A DNA stretch of 64,000 bases from Eledone cirrhosa. Its lineage: Eukaryota. The stretch covers positions 8,680,001-8,744,000 of the forward strand of contig OZ024766.1 in the NCBI GenBank assembly GCA_964016885.1, read 5' to 3'. Shown one piece after another: positions 12,563 to 24,973 of the stretch. The notes beneath the pieces are model-generated. The model was not told the DNA's origin. It searched no databases and saw only the letters and a program-made list of their open reading frames with translations. The translations under genes were made by a program, and so were the position numbers. Each line of letters opens with the position of its first letter. The first letter of the stretch is position 1.

Positions 12563-13426
12563 TCAGCATTCTCGTGTAGCACCCATCCACCATCTGAGTG
12601 AGTATCTTGGTCAGTGTCCAAGTCTCATACCCGTACAGCAGCACAGACTCCACTACAGCAAAGAAGAGGCGGATTTCAGGTCTTTACGAAGGTCCGACTT
12701 CCACACCGATCTCAAGCTGTGGCACGCCGCCCAGGCCTTGCTCTTCCTCTCAACCACATCATCTTCCGTATTCCCAATCTTTGCTCCCAAATACAGGAAG
12801 TCCTCAACCAATTCTAGCGGCTTCCCGCCTACATTAGTGATCCCCTCTGGCTTCTCAACATTCTCTACCAGATATTTTGTTTTAGTCTCATTCATTCTCA
12901 GCCCCACACTCATCGACACAGTCTCAACCTCCCGCATCAAATCCTCTGCCTCCTTCACTGTATTTCTCACCAAAACTATGTCGCCGGCAAATTCAGCATC
13001 CGATATCTTTTTCGCCTTAACTCTCCTGCTCTGAGCTGGTGCTACAGTAAAGCCAGAGTCCTGGTGTTTCTCCAGTGCAAGGCACATACAATAGTCCACT
13101 ATGGTTCTGAACATTAATCAGTATACACTGAGGATGAAAACTCAGAGCTGTACGGGAGCCTCCCAAAAGTCAGCTTAAATGTTACACAGAGGAGACTGAG
13201 GTTAGCTGGACATGCTCACCGACATCCAGAGTTGACATTGCACTCAGTGCTCATGTGGGAGCCCCTACATGGACACACTGGAAGTGGAAGACCAAGGTTA
13301 ACGTATGTTGATGCCCTAAGGACAGACACTGGTCTGTTGGAGACGCAGGACATGGCAGCGATAATGAGGGACAGAGACCGCTGGAGGGAACTCGTCCATG
13401 GATCTCGGTAATTTTACCCGCCCTAG
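12560..13426. mobile_element. RTE LINE fragment with internal inversion (RT segment on minus strand 12560-13114, 3' end on plus strand 13108-13426)
   Basis: Minus ORF MFRTIVDY...DAEFAGDIVL...VGLRMNETKTKYL...VEDFLYLGA covers RT domains 5-7. The plus strand carries [14 protein letters not shown]...GRPRLTYVD. Confidence 0.9.
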
Positions 13427-13440
13427 CATATATCTATATA

Positions 13441-13633
13441 TAACGAAGGAAGTGTGGTAAGGAACCAGGTGGACGATACTGCACCAGAGTACTCAATACT
13501 TCGGGTAGTAGAGTGGTTAATAGGAAAAGAGTCAGGACCCCGACTGCTGAACTCTGGCCGTTTCGACAGCTAGATCTGAACTAGCTATTGAAACGGCCGG
13601 AGCTCTGCCGTCGGGGTCCTGACTCTTTTCCTA
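13441..13633. mobile_element. Short hairpin-ended non-autonomous element in (TA)n (family also at 30680, 50951, 62317, 63807; partial at 10330, 40722)
   Basis: TAACGAAGGA...TAATAGG unique arm plus ~55-bp stem TAGGAAAAGAGTCAGGACCCCGAC.../...GTCGGGGTCCTGACTCTTTTCCTA. Confidence 0.82.
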
Positions 13634-13715
13634 TATATATATATATATATATATAAATACATACATACATATATGTGTGTATACATGTGTATTTTTATAT
13701 ACTTGTTGTGTGCAG

Positions 13716-13851
13716 GGCAGAGTTTGCGTTGGATAAGAACAAAAAGAAGAAAAAAAGGGAACTTTCTGAAGAACAAAAGCAGGAAATAAGGGAAGCCTTT
13801 GATCTCTTTGATACGGATAAAGATGGTGCTATTGACTACTATGAACTGAAG
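13716..13851 (+). CDS. CETN3: Centrin-3 exon 2 ([45 protein letters not shown])
   Basis: tgtgcag acceptor and GTAGGG donor. Contains the centrin-3 [10 protein letters not shown] motif and EF-hand 1 loop [12 protein letters not shown]. Confidence 0.96.
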
Positions 13852-13855
13852 GTAG

Positions 13856-14255
13856 GGCATACCATCATCATCATCAGCATCAACACTACTACCATCAGCA
13901 CTACCACCACCATCACTGCCATCACCATCATCATCAACACCACCACCATCACCAATACTACCACCATCATCATCACCACCATCACCACCATCATCATCGC
14001 CATCACCACCACCACCACTACCACCATCATCATCATCACTACGATCATCACCACTACCACCATCATCACCACCACCACCACCATCACCACCACCACCACC
14101 ATCACCATCACCACTACTACCATCATCACTACCATTATCATCACCACCACCACCACCACTACAATCATCACGACCACAACTACCACCACCACCACCACCA
14201 CCACCACTACCACCATCACCAGCATCATCATCACCACCACCACCACCATCACATC
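13856..14255. repeat. (CAT/CAC)n intronic trinucleotide tract
   Basis: Direct inspection; explains the poly-T/I tail of ORF 13675..14349. Confidence 0.9.
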
Positions 14256-14441
14256 ACAACTATCTATTCACCTCTTTCTTTCACCTCAAAAACACAAGTG
14301 TTCCCTTTTCCCCCCTCTCTCTCTCTATATATATATAAAGGGAACATGACAGACAGACAGACAGACAGACAGAGAGACAGTCAATGAAAGCCCTTATTAT
14401 AATATAGATTACCTGTCACCCCTCTCTGTCTTGTTTTTCAG

Positions 14442-14556
14442 GTGTGCATGAGGGCTTTAGGTTTTGAAGTGAAGAAAGAGAATGTATTGAAGATTCTCTA
14501 TGACTACGACATTGAAGAGACCGGCAAAATTATGTTCGATGATTTTAACGAAGTCA
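14442..14556 (+). CDS. CETN3: Centrin-3 exon 3 (VCMRALGFEVKKENVLKILYDYDIEETGKIMFDDFNEV)
   Basis: Polypyrimidine tract ending ttttcag, GTAAGT donor, MRALGF centrin motif, EF-hand 2. Confidence 0.96.
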
Positions 14557-14619
14557 GTAAGTATGACCCTTTGTACGGTGAGGGCCCCAGGTCCCACAGA
14601 GGGCCTCGCCCTCTCCCTC

Positions 14620-14965
14620 CATTATCATCATCATCATTTTACGTCTGATTTTTCCCTGCTTGCAAGGGTAGGACGGGTCTTATTCAGCGCAGCATCTCTC
14701 CATTTGTCACGGTCCTTCGTCGTCTTCCTTCTGGGATTTCTTGGCACTTCTTTACCCAGCGGTCATCCTCCATGCGCATCACATGTCCATACCAACTCAG
14801 TCTTCTCTCCCGCACACTAAAGTTTATCCCTCTTATACATAGGTTCTTTCTCAATATATTTATATATATCATCATCATCATTTTACGTCCGCTTTTCCCT
14901 GCTTGCAAGGGTGGGACGGGTCTTATTCAGCACAGCATCTCTCCATTCGTCACAATCCTTTGTCA
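14620..14965 (-). mobile_element. Second RTE-type family 3' ends with (GAT)n tails, two adjacent fragments
   Basis: Minus strand VRERRLSWYGHVMRMEDDRWVKKC...GRRRRT followed by GACGTAAAATGATGATG. Confidence 0.78.
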
Positions 14966-14994
14966 TCTCCAAAAGGGTTAATTAAAATGGGAAT

Positions 14995-17050
14995 TTCCAC
15001 TACTATGACTTTCTGAAAAATTTTTTTCACACACAAAGTTTTCTGAAGCATGGAACAAACTACCTGCATCAGTTGTTAGCTGTCAAGACACTGCATCCTT
15101 TAAAACCTCCATGGAACAAACTACCTGTATCAGTTATTAGCTGTCAAGACACTGCATCCTTTAAAACCTCCATGGAACAAACTACCTGCATCAGTTATTA
15201 GCTGTCGAGACACTGCATCCTTTAGAACCTCCATGGAACAAACTACCTGCATCAGTTGTTAGCTGTCGAGACACTGCATCCTTTAGAACCTCCATGGAAC
15301 AAACTACCTGCATCAGTTATTAGCTGTCGAGACACTGCATCCTTTAGAACCTCCATGGAACAAACTACCTGCATCAGTTGTTAGCTGTCGAGACACTGCA
15401 TCCTTTAGAACCTCCATGGAACAAACTACCTGCATCAGTTGTCAGCTGTCGATACACTGCATCCTTTAAAACCTCCATGGAACAAACTACCTGCATCAGT
15501 TGTTAGCTGTCGAGACACTGCATCCTTTAGAACCTCCATGGAACAAACTACCTGCATCAGTTGTCAGCTGTCGAGACACTGCATCCTTTAAAACCTCCAT
15601 GGATCAAACTACCTGGATCAGTTGTTAGCTGTCAAGACACTGCATCCTTTAAAACCTCCATGGATCAAACTACCTGCATCAGTTGTTAGGTGTCGAGACA
15701 CTGCATCCTTTAAAACCTCCATGGAACAAACTACCTGCATCAGTTGTTAGCTGTCGAGACACTGCATCCTTTAAAACCTCCATGGAACAAACTATCTGCA
15801 TCAGTTGTTAGCTGTCGAGACACTGCATCCTTTAAAACCTCCATGGAACAAACTACCTGCATCAGTTGTTAGCTGTCGAGACACTGCATCCTTTAAAACC
15901 TCCATGGAACAAACTATCTGCATCAGTTGTTAGCTGTCGAGACACTGCATCCTTTAAAACCTCCATGGAACAAACTACCTGCATCAGTTGTTAGCTGTCG
16001 AGACACTGCATCCTTTAAAACCTCCATGGAACAAACTACCTGCATCAGTTGTCAGCTATCAAGACACTGCATCCTTTAAAACCTCCATGGAACAAACTAC
16101 CTGCATCAGTTGTTAGCTGTCGAGACACTGCATCCTTTAAAACCTCCATGGAACAAACTACCTGCATCAGTTGTCAGCTATCAAGACACTGCATCCTTTA
16201 AAACCTCCATGGAACAAACTACCTGCATCAGTTGTTAGCTGTCGAGACACTGCATCCTTTAAAACCTCCATGGAACAAACTACCTGCATCAGTTGTCAGC
16301 TATCGAGACACTGCATCCTTTAAAACCTCCATGGAACAAACTACCTGCATCAGTTGTTAGCTGTCGAGACACTGCATCCTTTAAAACCTCCATGGAACAA
16401 ACTACCTGCATCAGTTGTCAGCTATCAAGACACTGCATCCTTTAAAACCTCCATGGAACAAACTACCTGCATCAGTTGTTAGCTGTCGAGACACTGCATC
16501 CTTTAAAACCTCCATGGAACAAACTACCTGCATCAGTTGTCAGCTATCAAGACACTGCATCCTTTAAAACCTCCATGGAACAAACTACCTGCATCAGTTG
16601 TCAGCTATCAAGACACTGCATCCTTTAAAACCTCCATGGAACAAACTACCTGCATCAGTTGTTAGCTGTCGAGACACTGCATCCTTTAAAACCTCCATGG
16701 AACAAACTACCTGCATCAGTTGTCAGCTATCAAGACACTGCATCCTTTAAAACCTCCATGGAACAAACTAGCTGCATCAGTTGTTAGCTGTTGAGACACT
16801 GCATCCTTTAAAACCTCTATGGAACAAACTACCTACATCAGTTCTTAGCTGTCGAGACACTGCATCCTTTAAAATCTCCATGCTTCATGAGATTCGCCAA
16901 CACTACACCTGATGTCCCCCCCTCCATACACACACACACACTGTTCACTTTCCTCTCATTTGTACATTATTCTATGTACTATACATGCACCTTTGATGAG
17001 TTGTAGTGCACCTGAGCATTGTACACAATAAATTTCATTATTATTATTAT
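14995..17050 (+). mobile_element. CR1/L2-type LINE 3' end with an internal 61-bp minisatellite (~30 copies, 15049-16878)
   Basis: FFTH...EAWNKLPASVVSCRDTASFKT matches the CR1 ORF2 C-terminal WN.LP motif. The 3' UTR ends AATAAATTTC(ATT)n. Confidence 0.82.
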
Positions 17051-17064
17051 TTTCAATATTTCAG

Positions 17065-17179
17065 TGACCGATCTGATGTTACAGCGAGATCCACAGACGG
17101 AACTTCTGAAGGCATTTAAACTGTTTGACGATGATGAAACTGGTAAAATCAGTTTGAGAAACCTTAGGAGGGTCGCAAG
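17065..17179 (+). CDS. CETN3: Centrin-3 exon 4 ([39 protein letters not shown])
   Basis: tttcag acceptor, GTATGT donor, EF-hand 3 [18 protein letters not shown]; phases 1 and 2 match the neighbouring exons. Confidence 0.96.
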
Positions 17180-17202
17180 GTATGTTGTTGTTGTTGTTGG
17201 TG

Positions 17203-17255
<53 letters not shown>

Positions 17256-17298
17256 ATACTTGGGGAGAGTCATATTGTTATAATATTAGCAGAAATAA

Positions 17299-17478
17299 TT
17301 GTTTCTACTTTTGGCACAAGGCCAGCAATTATCCCAGTGTATTACTGGTACTTTATTTTATCGACCCCGTAAAGATGAAAGGCAAAGTTAACCTCGGCGG
17401 GATTTGAACTCAGTCCGTAAACGGACGTAACTGTGCTGCAAAGCATGGCGTCCGACCCTCTACCGCTAATATTGCCAG
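17299..17478 (-). mobile_element. tRNA-derived SINE (Meta/MESC-like domain)
   Basis: Reverse strand shows A-box-like TGGCAATATTAG, B-box GAGTTCAAATCCC, the central GCCTTTCATC...GGGGTCGATAAAATAAAGTACCAG domain and an ATT tail. Confidence 0.8.
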
Positions 17479-17669
17479 AAATAATAACAGAACATACTGT
17501 TTTGATTTCATATCAAAAACCTTGCAAAACAAGTAATACAGAGGACCTGCCTTGCCTATGTACAAAGCGAAACCTCCAGTCAGTAGGCACCTCTTAACCA
17601 AATATACACCCCAACCCACGACCCCTATTCCATCCTCCCACTCCGCCAATGCTACCCTTTCTCTATAAA

Positions 17670-17960
17670 GTTGGTACCACAACATCCAGTCCAAACTAAT
17701 GAGGTTGTGTAGGTGTCACAACAAAAAAAACCTCCCAGTCCACGCTGTAATGTGGCCGTGTAGGTAACACGGTAAAAACCTCCCAGTCCACACTGTAAAC
17801 GTGGTTGGTGTTGGGAAGGGCATCCAGCCGTAGAAAACCTGCCAGATACAGTCCTATACGAACGAGACACGGTCACCCGACCAACCTTGCCTCAAGTGGG
17901 ACACTTCCTGTCTAACCCATGCTAGCTTGGAAGATAGACATTAAACAATGATGATGATAT
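17670..17960 (+). mobile_element. SINE-like element with RTE-type (GAT)n tail
   Basis: GTTGGTGTT(A/G)GGAAGGGCATCCAGC(C/T)GTAGAAA core is shared with 18730-19000 (minus), 19735-20918 and 24590-24748. Confidence 0.72.
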
Positions 17961-18052
17961 ATATATATACATATGTATATATATATGGTATATACATATG
18001 TGTATCTATATGTATATAGGTATGCATATGTATGTATTTATATGTATGTATT

Positions 18053-18107
<55 letters not shown>

Positions 18108-18111
<4 letters not shown>

Positions 18112-18718
18112 GCTGCCAACTTGTTTTCGAGTACGGCCACTACTTTATATCCATGTAGGAGAACCCCTACCGATGCGCTGAACGAGTGTGACTTTTTAGT
18201 CCAGCCAGTGACTTGAAAACTCTGGTACAAACACTACACTTGTGACAATTATTGACACATAGTGCTGGGCCCATGCTACCATGTGATGACAAGTGCAGAG
18301 AGATCTCCAGATATAAAGCAATGCCTGTGCCGTGAAGCTTTTATAGTGAGCAAAGGCACTGCACAAAGCCAGTCCCACTCTCTTAACCAAGATGATATTT
18401 ACCAAAAAGAAGAACAAGTCAACATCATTGGATACCATCAGGGTTGCAGGTGTTATATCAGAGTTTTCCTTCTCCTAGAATTCTGCCTTGACAAAGGCTA
18501 AGGGGTCATCTCTCCCGGTGATTTTGGATGGCCATTGACTCTTAAGAGCTCCTTTGCCCTTTGACAGGTTTTGTTTTTAGTCCTGCAGGATGTCCAAAGT
18601 CACTCTCCTCACCAAGAAACCTTGGTGGGGTTGCCAGTTTAGTCGCCAACGACCCGACCATGAGACAGGTTGTACTGGCATACATGTTACCAGTAGCACC
18701 AACTGGTGACCTGACATA
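18108..18718 (-). mobile_element. ~610-bp dispersed repeat, probable RTE 5' UTR region (copies at 33249-33700 and 33870-34478)
   Basis: Three highly similar copies, each bounded by TA/CATA microsatellite. The minus strand contains CTAGGAGAAGGAAAACTCTGA, which I recall as a motif typical of RTE 5' UTRs. Confidence 0.65.
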
Positions 18719-19203
18719 GTAGGACCATATATATATCATCATCATCATCATCGTTTTACGTCCGTTCTTCCACGCTAGCATGGGTTAGACGGGTTGTCCT
18801 GTTGTGGGCAGTGTCTGGTCGGCTGACCATGCCTTGCTCATACAGGAACTGATCTGGCTTGATTTCTACAGCTGGATGCCCTTCCTAACACCAACCTCAT
18901 TTACAGTGAGTGCTGGGTGCTTTTTCGTGGCGCCTACACGTCCACTTTACAGTGTGGGCTGGGTGCTTTTTTGCCGTGGCACCTCCACGACCACCTTGCG
19001 GTGGGGGGGGGGGGGGGGCATATTGTTTATATGCTTCAGCATGTACCCATGAGAGGTCGGGTACCCTGTATTACTGCGTGACGCCAGAAGTCACGGTCGT
19101 GTGTCATCGCCTTTGAGAGGTGTAATTGGGTAAGGTCGGCTTTTATCACCTCATCCCAAGTCATCTTGGGTCTCCCCACTCCGCGGTTTCCATCAACTTC
19201 TAG

Positions 19204-19247
<44 letters not shown>

Positions 19248-19287
19248 GATATTAAATAAATGGAAACTATATTTATAAAACCATATT

Positions 19288-19352
19288 TATTTCATTATAC
19301 ATATTTCAGGGATACCAAATTAAAATATGGCATGCCTTCGTCAGATAAAATA
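19288..19352 (-). ncRNA. Type I hammerhead motif (antisense arm of the palindrome)
   Basis: Reverse complement of 19502-19566. Confidence 0.72.
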
Positions 19353-19501
19353 CAATAGTTTTATAAATAATTTTGACGTACCCTATTAGAAGCGACCATT
19401 ATTTTTGGAAGCTGTCTGGATAGTCAGACAGATACTATCCAGACAGCTTCCAAAAATAATGGTCACTTCTAATAGGGTACGTCAAAATTATTTATATATT
19501 G

Positions 19502-19566
19502 TATTTTATCTGACGAAGGCATGCCATATTTTAATTTGGTATCCCTGAAATATGTATAATGAAATA
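19502..19566 (+). ncRNA. Type I hammerhead ribozyme motif
   Basis: Stem I TATTTTAT/ATGAAATA; core CTGACGA; stem II AGG(C)ATGCCA/TGGTAT(C)CCT; GAAA; near-palindromic helix III ATATGTAT; UH = TA. Confidence 0.75.
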
Positions 19567-19734
19567 AATATGGTTTTATAAATATAGTTTCCATTTATTT
19601 AATATCGTATATCTACTCCAAAAACTTGTCGAGTGCTTTATATCAGTTATAGACTATTTACTTGTTGTATCCCAACAATTTTAAATAAAACTTTTGCATA
19701 CCCCATCCACACCACCCCTTTCAATGTAAAGTTA

Positions 19735-20918
19735 TGTTGGTGCCACAACATCCAGGCCGAAACAAATGAGATCGTGTAGGTGTCACGACAAAAAAACACA
19801 CAGTCCACGCTGTAATGTGGCCGTGTAGGCAACACGGTAAAAACCTCCCAGACCCACACTGTAAATGTGGTTGGTGTTAGGAAGGGCATCCAGCTGTAGA
19901 AAACCTGCCAGACAGTCCACGCTGTAATGTGGCCGTGTAGGCAACACGGTAAAAACCTCCCAGACCCACACTGTAAATGTGGTTGGTGTTAGGAAGGGCA
20001 TCCAGCTGTAGAAAACCTGCCAGATAGTCCACGCTGTAATGTGGCCGTGTAGGCAACACGGTAAAAACCTCCCAGTCCACACTGTAAATGTGGTTGGTGT
20101 TAGGAAGGGCATCCAGCTGTAGAAAACCCGCCAGATAGTCCACGCTGTAATGTGGCCGTGTAGGCAACACGGTAAAAACCTCCCAGTCCACACTGTAAAC
20201 GTGGTTGGTGTTAGGAAGGGCATCCAGCTGTAGAAAACCCGCCAGATAGTCCACGCTGTAATGTGGCCGTGTAGGCAACACGGTAAAAACCTCCCAGACC
20301 CACACTGTAAATGTGGTTGGTGTTAGGAAGGGCATCCAGCTGTAGAAAACCTGCCAGACAGTCCACGCTGTAATGTGGCCGTGTAGGCAACACGGTAAAA
20401 ACCTCCCAGTCCACACTGTAAACGTGGTTGGTGTTAGGAAGGGCATCCAGCTGTAGAAAACCCGCCAGACAGTCCACGCTGTAATGTGGCCGTGTAGGCA
20501 ACACGGTAAAAACCTCCCAGTCCACACTGTAAACGTGGTTGGTGTTAGGAAGGGCATCCAGCTGTAGAAAACCCGCCAGATAGTCCACGCTGTAATGTGG
20601 CCGTGTAGGCAACACGGTAAAAACCTCCCAGACCCACACTGTAAATGTGGTTGGTGTTAGGAAGGGCATTCAGCTGTAGAAAACCTGCCAGACAGTCCAC
20701 GCTGTAATGTGGCCGTGTAGGCAACACGGTAAAAACGTCCCAGTCCCACACTGTAAATGTGGTTGGTGTTAGGAAGGGCATCCAGCTGTAGAAAACCTGC
20801 CAGACAGTCCTATGCGAGCAAGACAATCACTCTTGCCTCAAGTGGGAATATCCCCGTCCAAACCCATGCAAGCGTGGAACACGGACGTTAAACGTTGATG
20901 ATGATGATGATGATGATG
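19735..20918 (+). mobile_element. (GAT)n-tailed SINE-like element with an internal 111-112 bp unit repeated about 9 times (19801-20810)
   Basis: Same flanks as the single-unit copy at 17670-17960. Confidence 0.85.
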
Positions 20919-20974
20919 ATATATATATATATACACACATATATAGATGATTCTTATGCTGTTTTACTTTCCAG

Positions 20975-21051
20975 GGAACTTGGTGAGAACTTGAACGATG
21001 ACGAACTCAGAGCTATGATTGACGAATTTGATAAAGATGGTGACGGAGAGA
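20975..21051 (+). CDS. CETN3: Centrin-3 exon 5 (ELGENLNDDELRAMIDEFDKDGDGE)
   Basis: tttccag acceptor, GTAAGT donor, start of EF-hand 4 loop DKDGDGE. Confidence 0.96.
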
Positions 21052-21153
21052 GTAAGTATTGTTGTTGTGTTGTTTAGCCCCAGGTCAGTCTTGCTCCAGT
21101 AGACCTATGATATGATCAAATATGTTCCAGATGTGACCATCCTGTCTTTTATT

Positions 21154-23628
21154 CAGACACAGTGTATCTAGGACTACACTCTCTAATGTGTCCTGTCTTA
21201 TATACAGACACAGTGTACCTAGGACTACATTATCTAATGTCCTGTCTTATATACAGACACAGTGTACCTAGGACTACATTATCTAATGTGTCCTGTCTTA
21301 TATACAGACACAGTGTACCTAGGACTACATTATCTAATGTGTCCTGTCTTATATACAGACACAGTGTACCTAGGACTACATTATCTAATGTCCTGTCTTA
21401 TATACAGACACAGTCTACCTAGGACTACATTATCTAATGTGTCCTGTCTTATATACAGACACAGTGTACCTAGGACTACATTATCTAATGTGTTCTGTCT
21501 TATATACAGACACAGTGTACCTAGGACTACATTATCTAATGTGTCCTGTCTTATATACAGACACAGTGTACCTAGGACTACATTATCTAATGTGTCCTGT
21601 CTTATATAGAGACACAGTCTACCTAGGACTACATTATCTAATGTGTCCTGTCTTATATACAGACACAGTGTACCTAGGACTACATTATCTAATGTGTCCT
21701 GTCTTATATAGAGACACAGTCTACCTAGGACTACATTATCTAATGTGTCCTGTCTTATATACAGACACAGCGTACCTAGGACTACATTATCTAATGTGTC
21801 CTGTCTTATATACAGACACAGTGTACCTAGGACTACATTATCTAATGTGTCCTGTCTTATATACAGACACAGTCTATCTAGGACTACATTATCTAATGTG
21901 TCCTGTCTTATATACAGACACAGTGTACCTAGGACTACATTATCTAATGTGTCCTGTCTTATATACAGACACAGTGTACCTAGGACTACATTATCTAATG
22001 TGTCCTGTCTTATATACAGACACAGTGTACCTAGGACTACATTATCTAATGTGTCCTGTCTTATATACAGACACAGTGTACCTAGGACTACATTATCTAA
22101 TGTGTCCTGTCTTATATACAGACACAGTGTACCTAGGACTACATTATCTAATGTGTCCTGTCTTATATACAGACACAGTCTACCTAGGACTACATTATCT
22201 AATGTGTCCTGTCTTATATACAGACACAGTCTATCTAGGACTACATTATCTAATGTGTCCTGTCTTATATACAGACACAGTGTATCTAGGACTACATTAT
22301 CTAATGTGACCTGTCTTATATACAGACACAGTCTATCTAGGACTACATTATCTAATGTGTCCTGTCTTATATACAGACACAGTCTACCTAGGACTACATT
22401 ATCTAATGTGTCCTGTCTTATATACAGACACAGTCTACCTAGGACTACATTATCTAATGTGACCTGTCTTATATACAGACACAGTCTACCTAGGACTACA
22501 TTATCTAATGTGTCCTGTCTTATATACAGACACAGTCTACCTAGGACTACATTATCTAATGTGACCTGTCTTATATACAGACACAGTCTACCTAGGACTA
22601 CATTATCTAATGTGTCCTGTCTTATATACAGACACAGTCTACCTAGGACTACATTATCTAATGTGTCCTGTCTTATATACAGACACAGTGTATCTAGGAC
22701 TACATTATCTAATGTGTCCTGTCTTATATACAGACACAGTCTATCTAGGACTACATTATCTAATGTGTCCTGTCTTATATACAGACACAGTGTATCTAGG
22801 ACTACATTATCTAATGTGTCCTGTCTTATATACAGACACAGTGTATCTAGGACTACATTATCTAATGTGTCCTGTCTTATATACAGACACAGTGTATCTA
22901 GGACTACATTATCTAATGTGACCTGTCTTATATACAGACACAGTCTATCTAGGACTACATTATCTAATGTGTCCTGTCTTATATACAGACACAGTGTATC
23001 TAGGACTACATTATCTAATGTGTCCTGTCTTATATACAGACACAGTGTATCTAGGACTACATTATCTAATGTGTCCTGTCTTATATACAGACACAGTCTA
23101 CCTAGGACTACATTATCTAATGTGTCCTGTCTTATATACAGACACAGTCTACCTAGGACTACATTATCTAATGTGTCCTGTCTTATATACAGACACAGTG
23201 TACCTAGGACTACATTATCTAATGTGTCCTGTCTTATATACAGACACAGTGTACCTAGGACTACATTATCTAATGTGTCCTGTCTTATATACAGACACAG
23301 TGTACCTAGGACTACATTATCTAATGTGTCCTGTCTTATATACAGACACAGTGTATCTAGGACTACATTATCTAATGTGTCCTGTCTTATATACAGACAC
23401 AGTGTATCTAGGACTACATTATCTAATGTGACCTGTCTTATATACAGACACAGTCTATCTAGGACTACATTATCTAATGTGTCCTGTCTTATATACAGAC
23501 ACAGTGTATCTAGGACTACATTATCTAATGTGTCCTGTCTTATATACAGACACAGTGTATCTAGGACTACATTATCTAATGTGTCCTGTCTTATATACAG
23601 ACACAGTGTATCTAGGACTACATTATCT
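21154..23628. repeat. 51-bp minisatellite (CAGACACAGTGTACCTAGGACTACATTATCTAATGTGTCCTGTCTTATATA), about 48 copies, CETN3 intron 5
   Basis: Direct tandem repetition; 17-aa periodic ORFs on both strands. Confidence 0.95.
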
Positions 23629-24289
23629 TCCATTACTAAATCTCTTTAAATATGGTAACAAAAGGGTTAAAGTGTTTATATTTATGTAAAAACCTTCCAT
23701 CATAATTTCATCTAAGAACCTTTGACACATTTAAAAAAGACAATATTATATATAAACTGCATTACAGTGAAATGTAATGAAACCTTATACAACGATACAA
23801 ATATATGGATGTTTATATAAGCCATGTAATAAGTGTTATGATATAACGGACACTAACTGGAAGTGTAGACATTTGAAAATTTTAAAAGAAGTGAATGTTA
23901 AAATAAGCAATCATTATCACCATCATCATCATCATCATCATCGTCTATCTTTTGGTTAAGAGGTGCCTACTGACTGTAGGTTTCGCTTTGGACTTAGGCA
24001 AGGCAGGTTTTCTGTATTACTGCGTAGCGCCAAAGATCTCAGTCCAGTGACATTGTCTTAGAGAGGTGTAAGTGTGTAAGGTTGGAATTTATCAAATCGT
24101 CCCAGGTTTTTCTGGGTATGCCTACTCCGTAACTTATATAAGAATATTTATGTTTAATCAAGAGTTACGAAATTTAGTAGATAATTATGTAATATTCATT
24201 CATTATTTATTCAAAGTAATCTGACTTATTTTACTAACAGGATAAAAAAATATAAAACAGACAGACTCCCACACTCTTCCCTTTATTAA

Positions 24290-24770
24290 CCCTTTAGTGT
24301 TCAAACCGGCCAAAACCGGCCAGAATTCTCTACCTCTTTCTGTTGAAACTGGCTGTAACTGGTCGCTCAAACTGATGTTAAGGTATTGTTCTCAAAATAA
24401 ATACTTTCAAAATCTCATAGATTCGATATTATGTGAGGTAAAGCCTTTACCATGAAAATATAATAGTATATATAGTGATGTGTTGTTTCCTTGAGCAAGA
24501 CACTTTATTTCACATTTGCTCCAGTTTACTCAGCTGTAGAAATGAGATGATAGGGACTGGGGTCCCTATCATTCCACTGCAAAGTGGTCGTGGAGGTGCC
24601 ACGGCAAAAAAGCACCCAGCACTCACTGTAAATGAGGTTGGTGTTAGGAAGGGCATCCAGCTGTAGAAATCAAGCCAGAATCAGTTCCCGTCCCACCCTT
24701 GCAAGCAGGGAAAAGCGGACGTAAAATGAAATGATGATGATGATGATAGAGTAATGTGGATGCTAAAGGG
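24290..24770. mobile_element. piggyBac-like MITE with nested SINE fragments
   Basis: TTAA-CCCTTTAG at the left end and CTAAAGGG-TTAT at the right end. Contains a CORE-SINE piece (~24478-24545) and a GAT-tailed piece (~24590-24748). Confidence 0.5.
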
Positions 24771-24973
24771 TTATAGTATAGATTCATTCATTATTTATTC
24801 CAAGTAATTCAACTTATTTTACTAACAGGATAAAAAAATATAAAATGGACACAGTCCCACACTTCTGCCTTTATTGTATTATGATTAAAGTACCAGTAAT
24901 GCACTGGGTTATTGCTGGCCTTGTGCCTAAAATAGAAACAATTATCATTATTGTTAATGTTTTGTTTTTCCAG

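Larger units (their letters stand above)
19243..19612. repeat. ~370-bp near-perfect palindrome in CETN3 intron 4
   Basis: Left arm ATACGATATTAAATAAATGGAAAC...GCTGTCTGGATAGT, short loop, right arm ACTATCCAGACAGC...GTTTCCATTTATTTAATATCGTAT. Confidence 0.93.

Noticed and set aside
15049-16878. CRISPR-like regular array
   Set aside because: Units are contiguous with no unique spacers and derive from a LINE end. The window is eukaryotic and has no cas genes. The same applies to the other arrays.
21381-23689. 750-aa and 634-aa repeat ORFs
   Set aside because: A 51-bp intronic minisatellite open in several frames on both strands.
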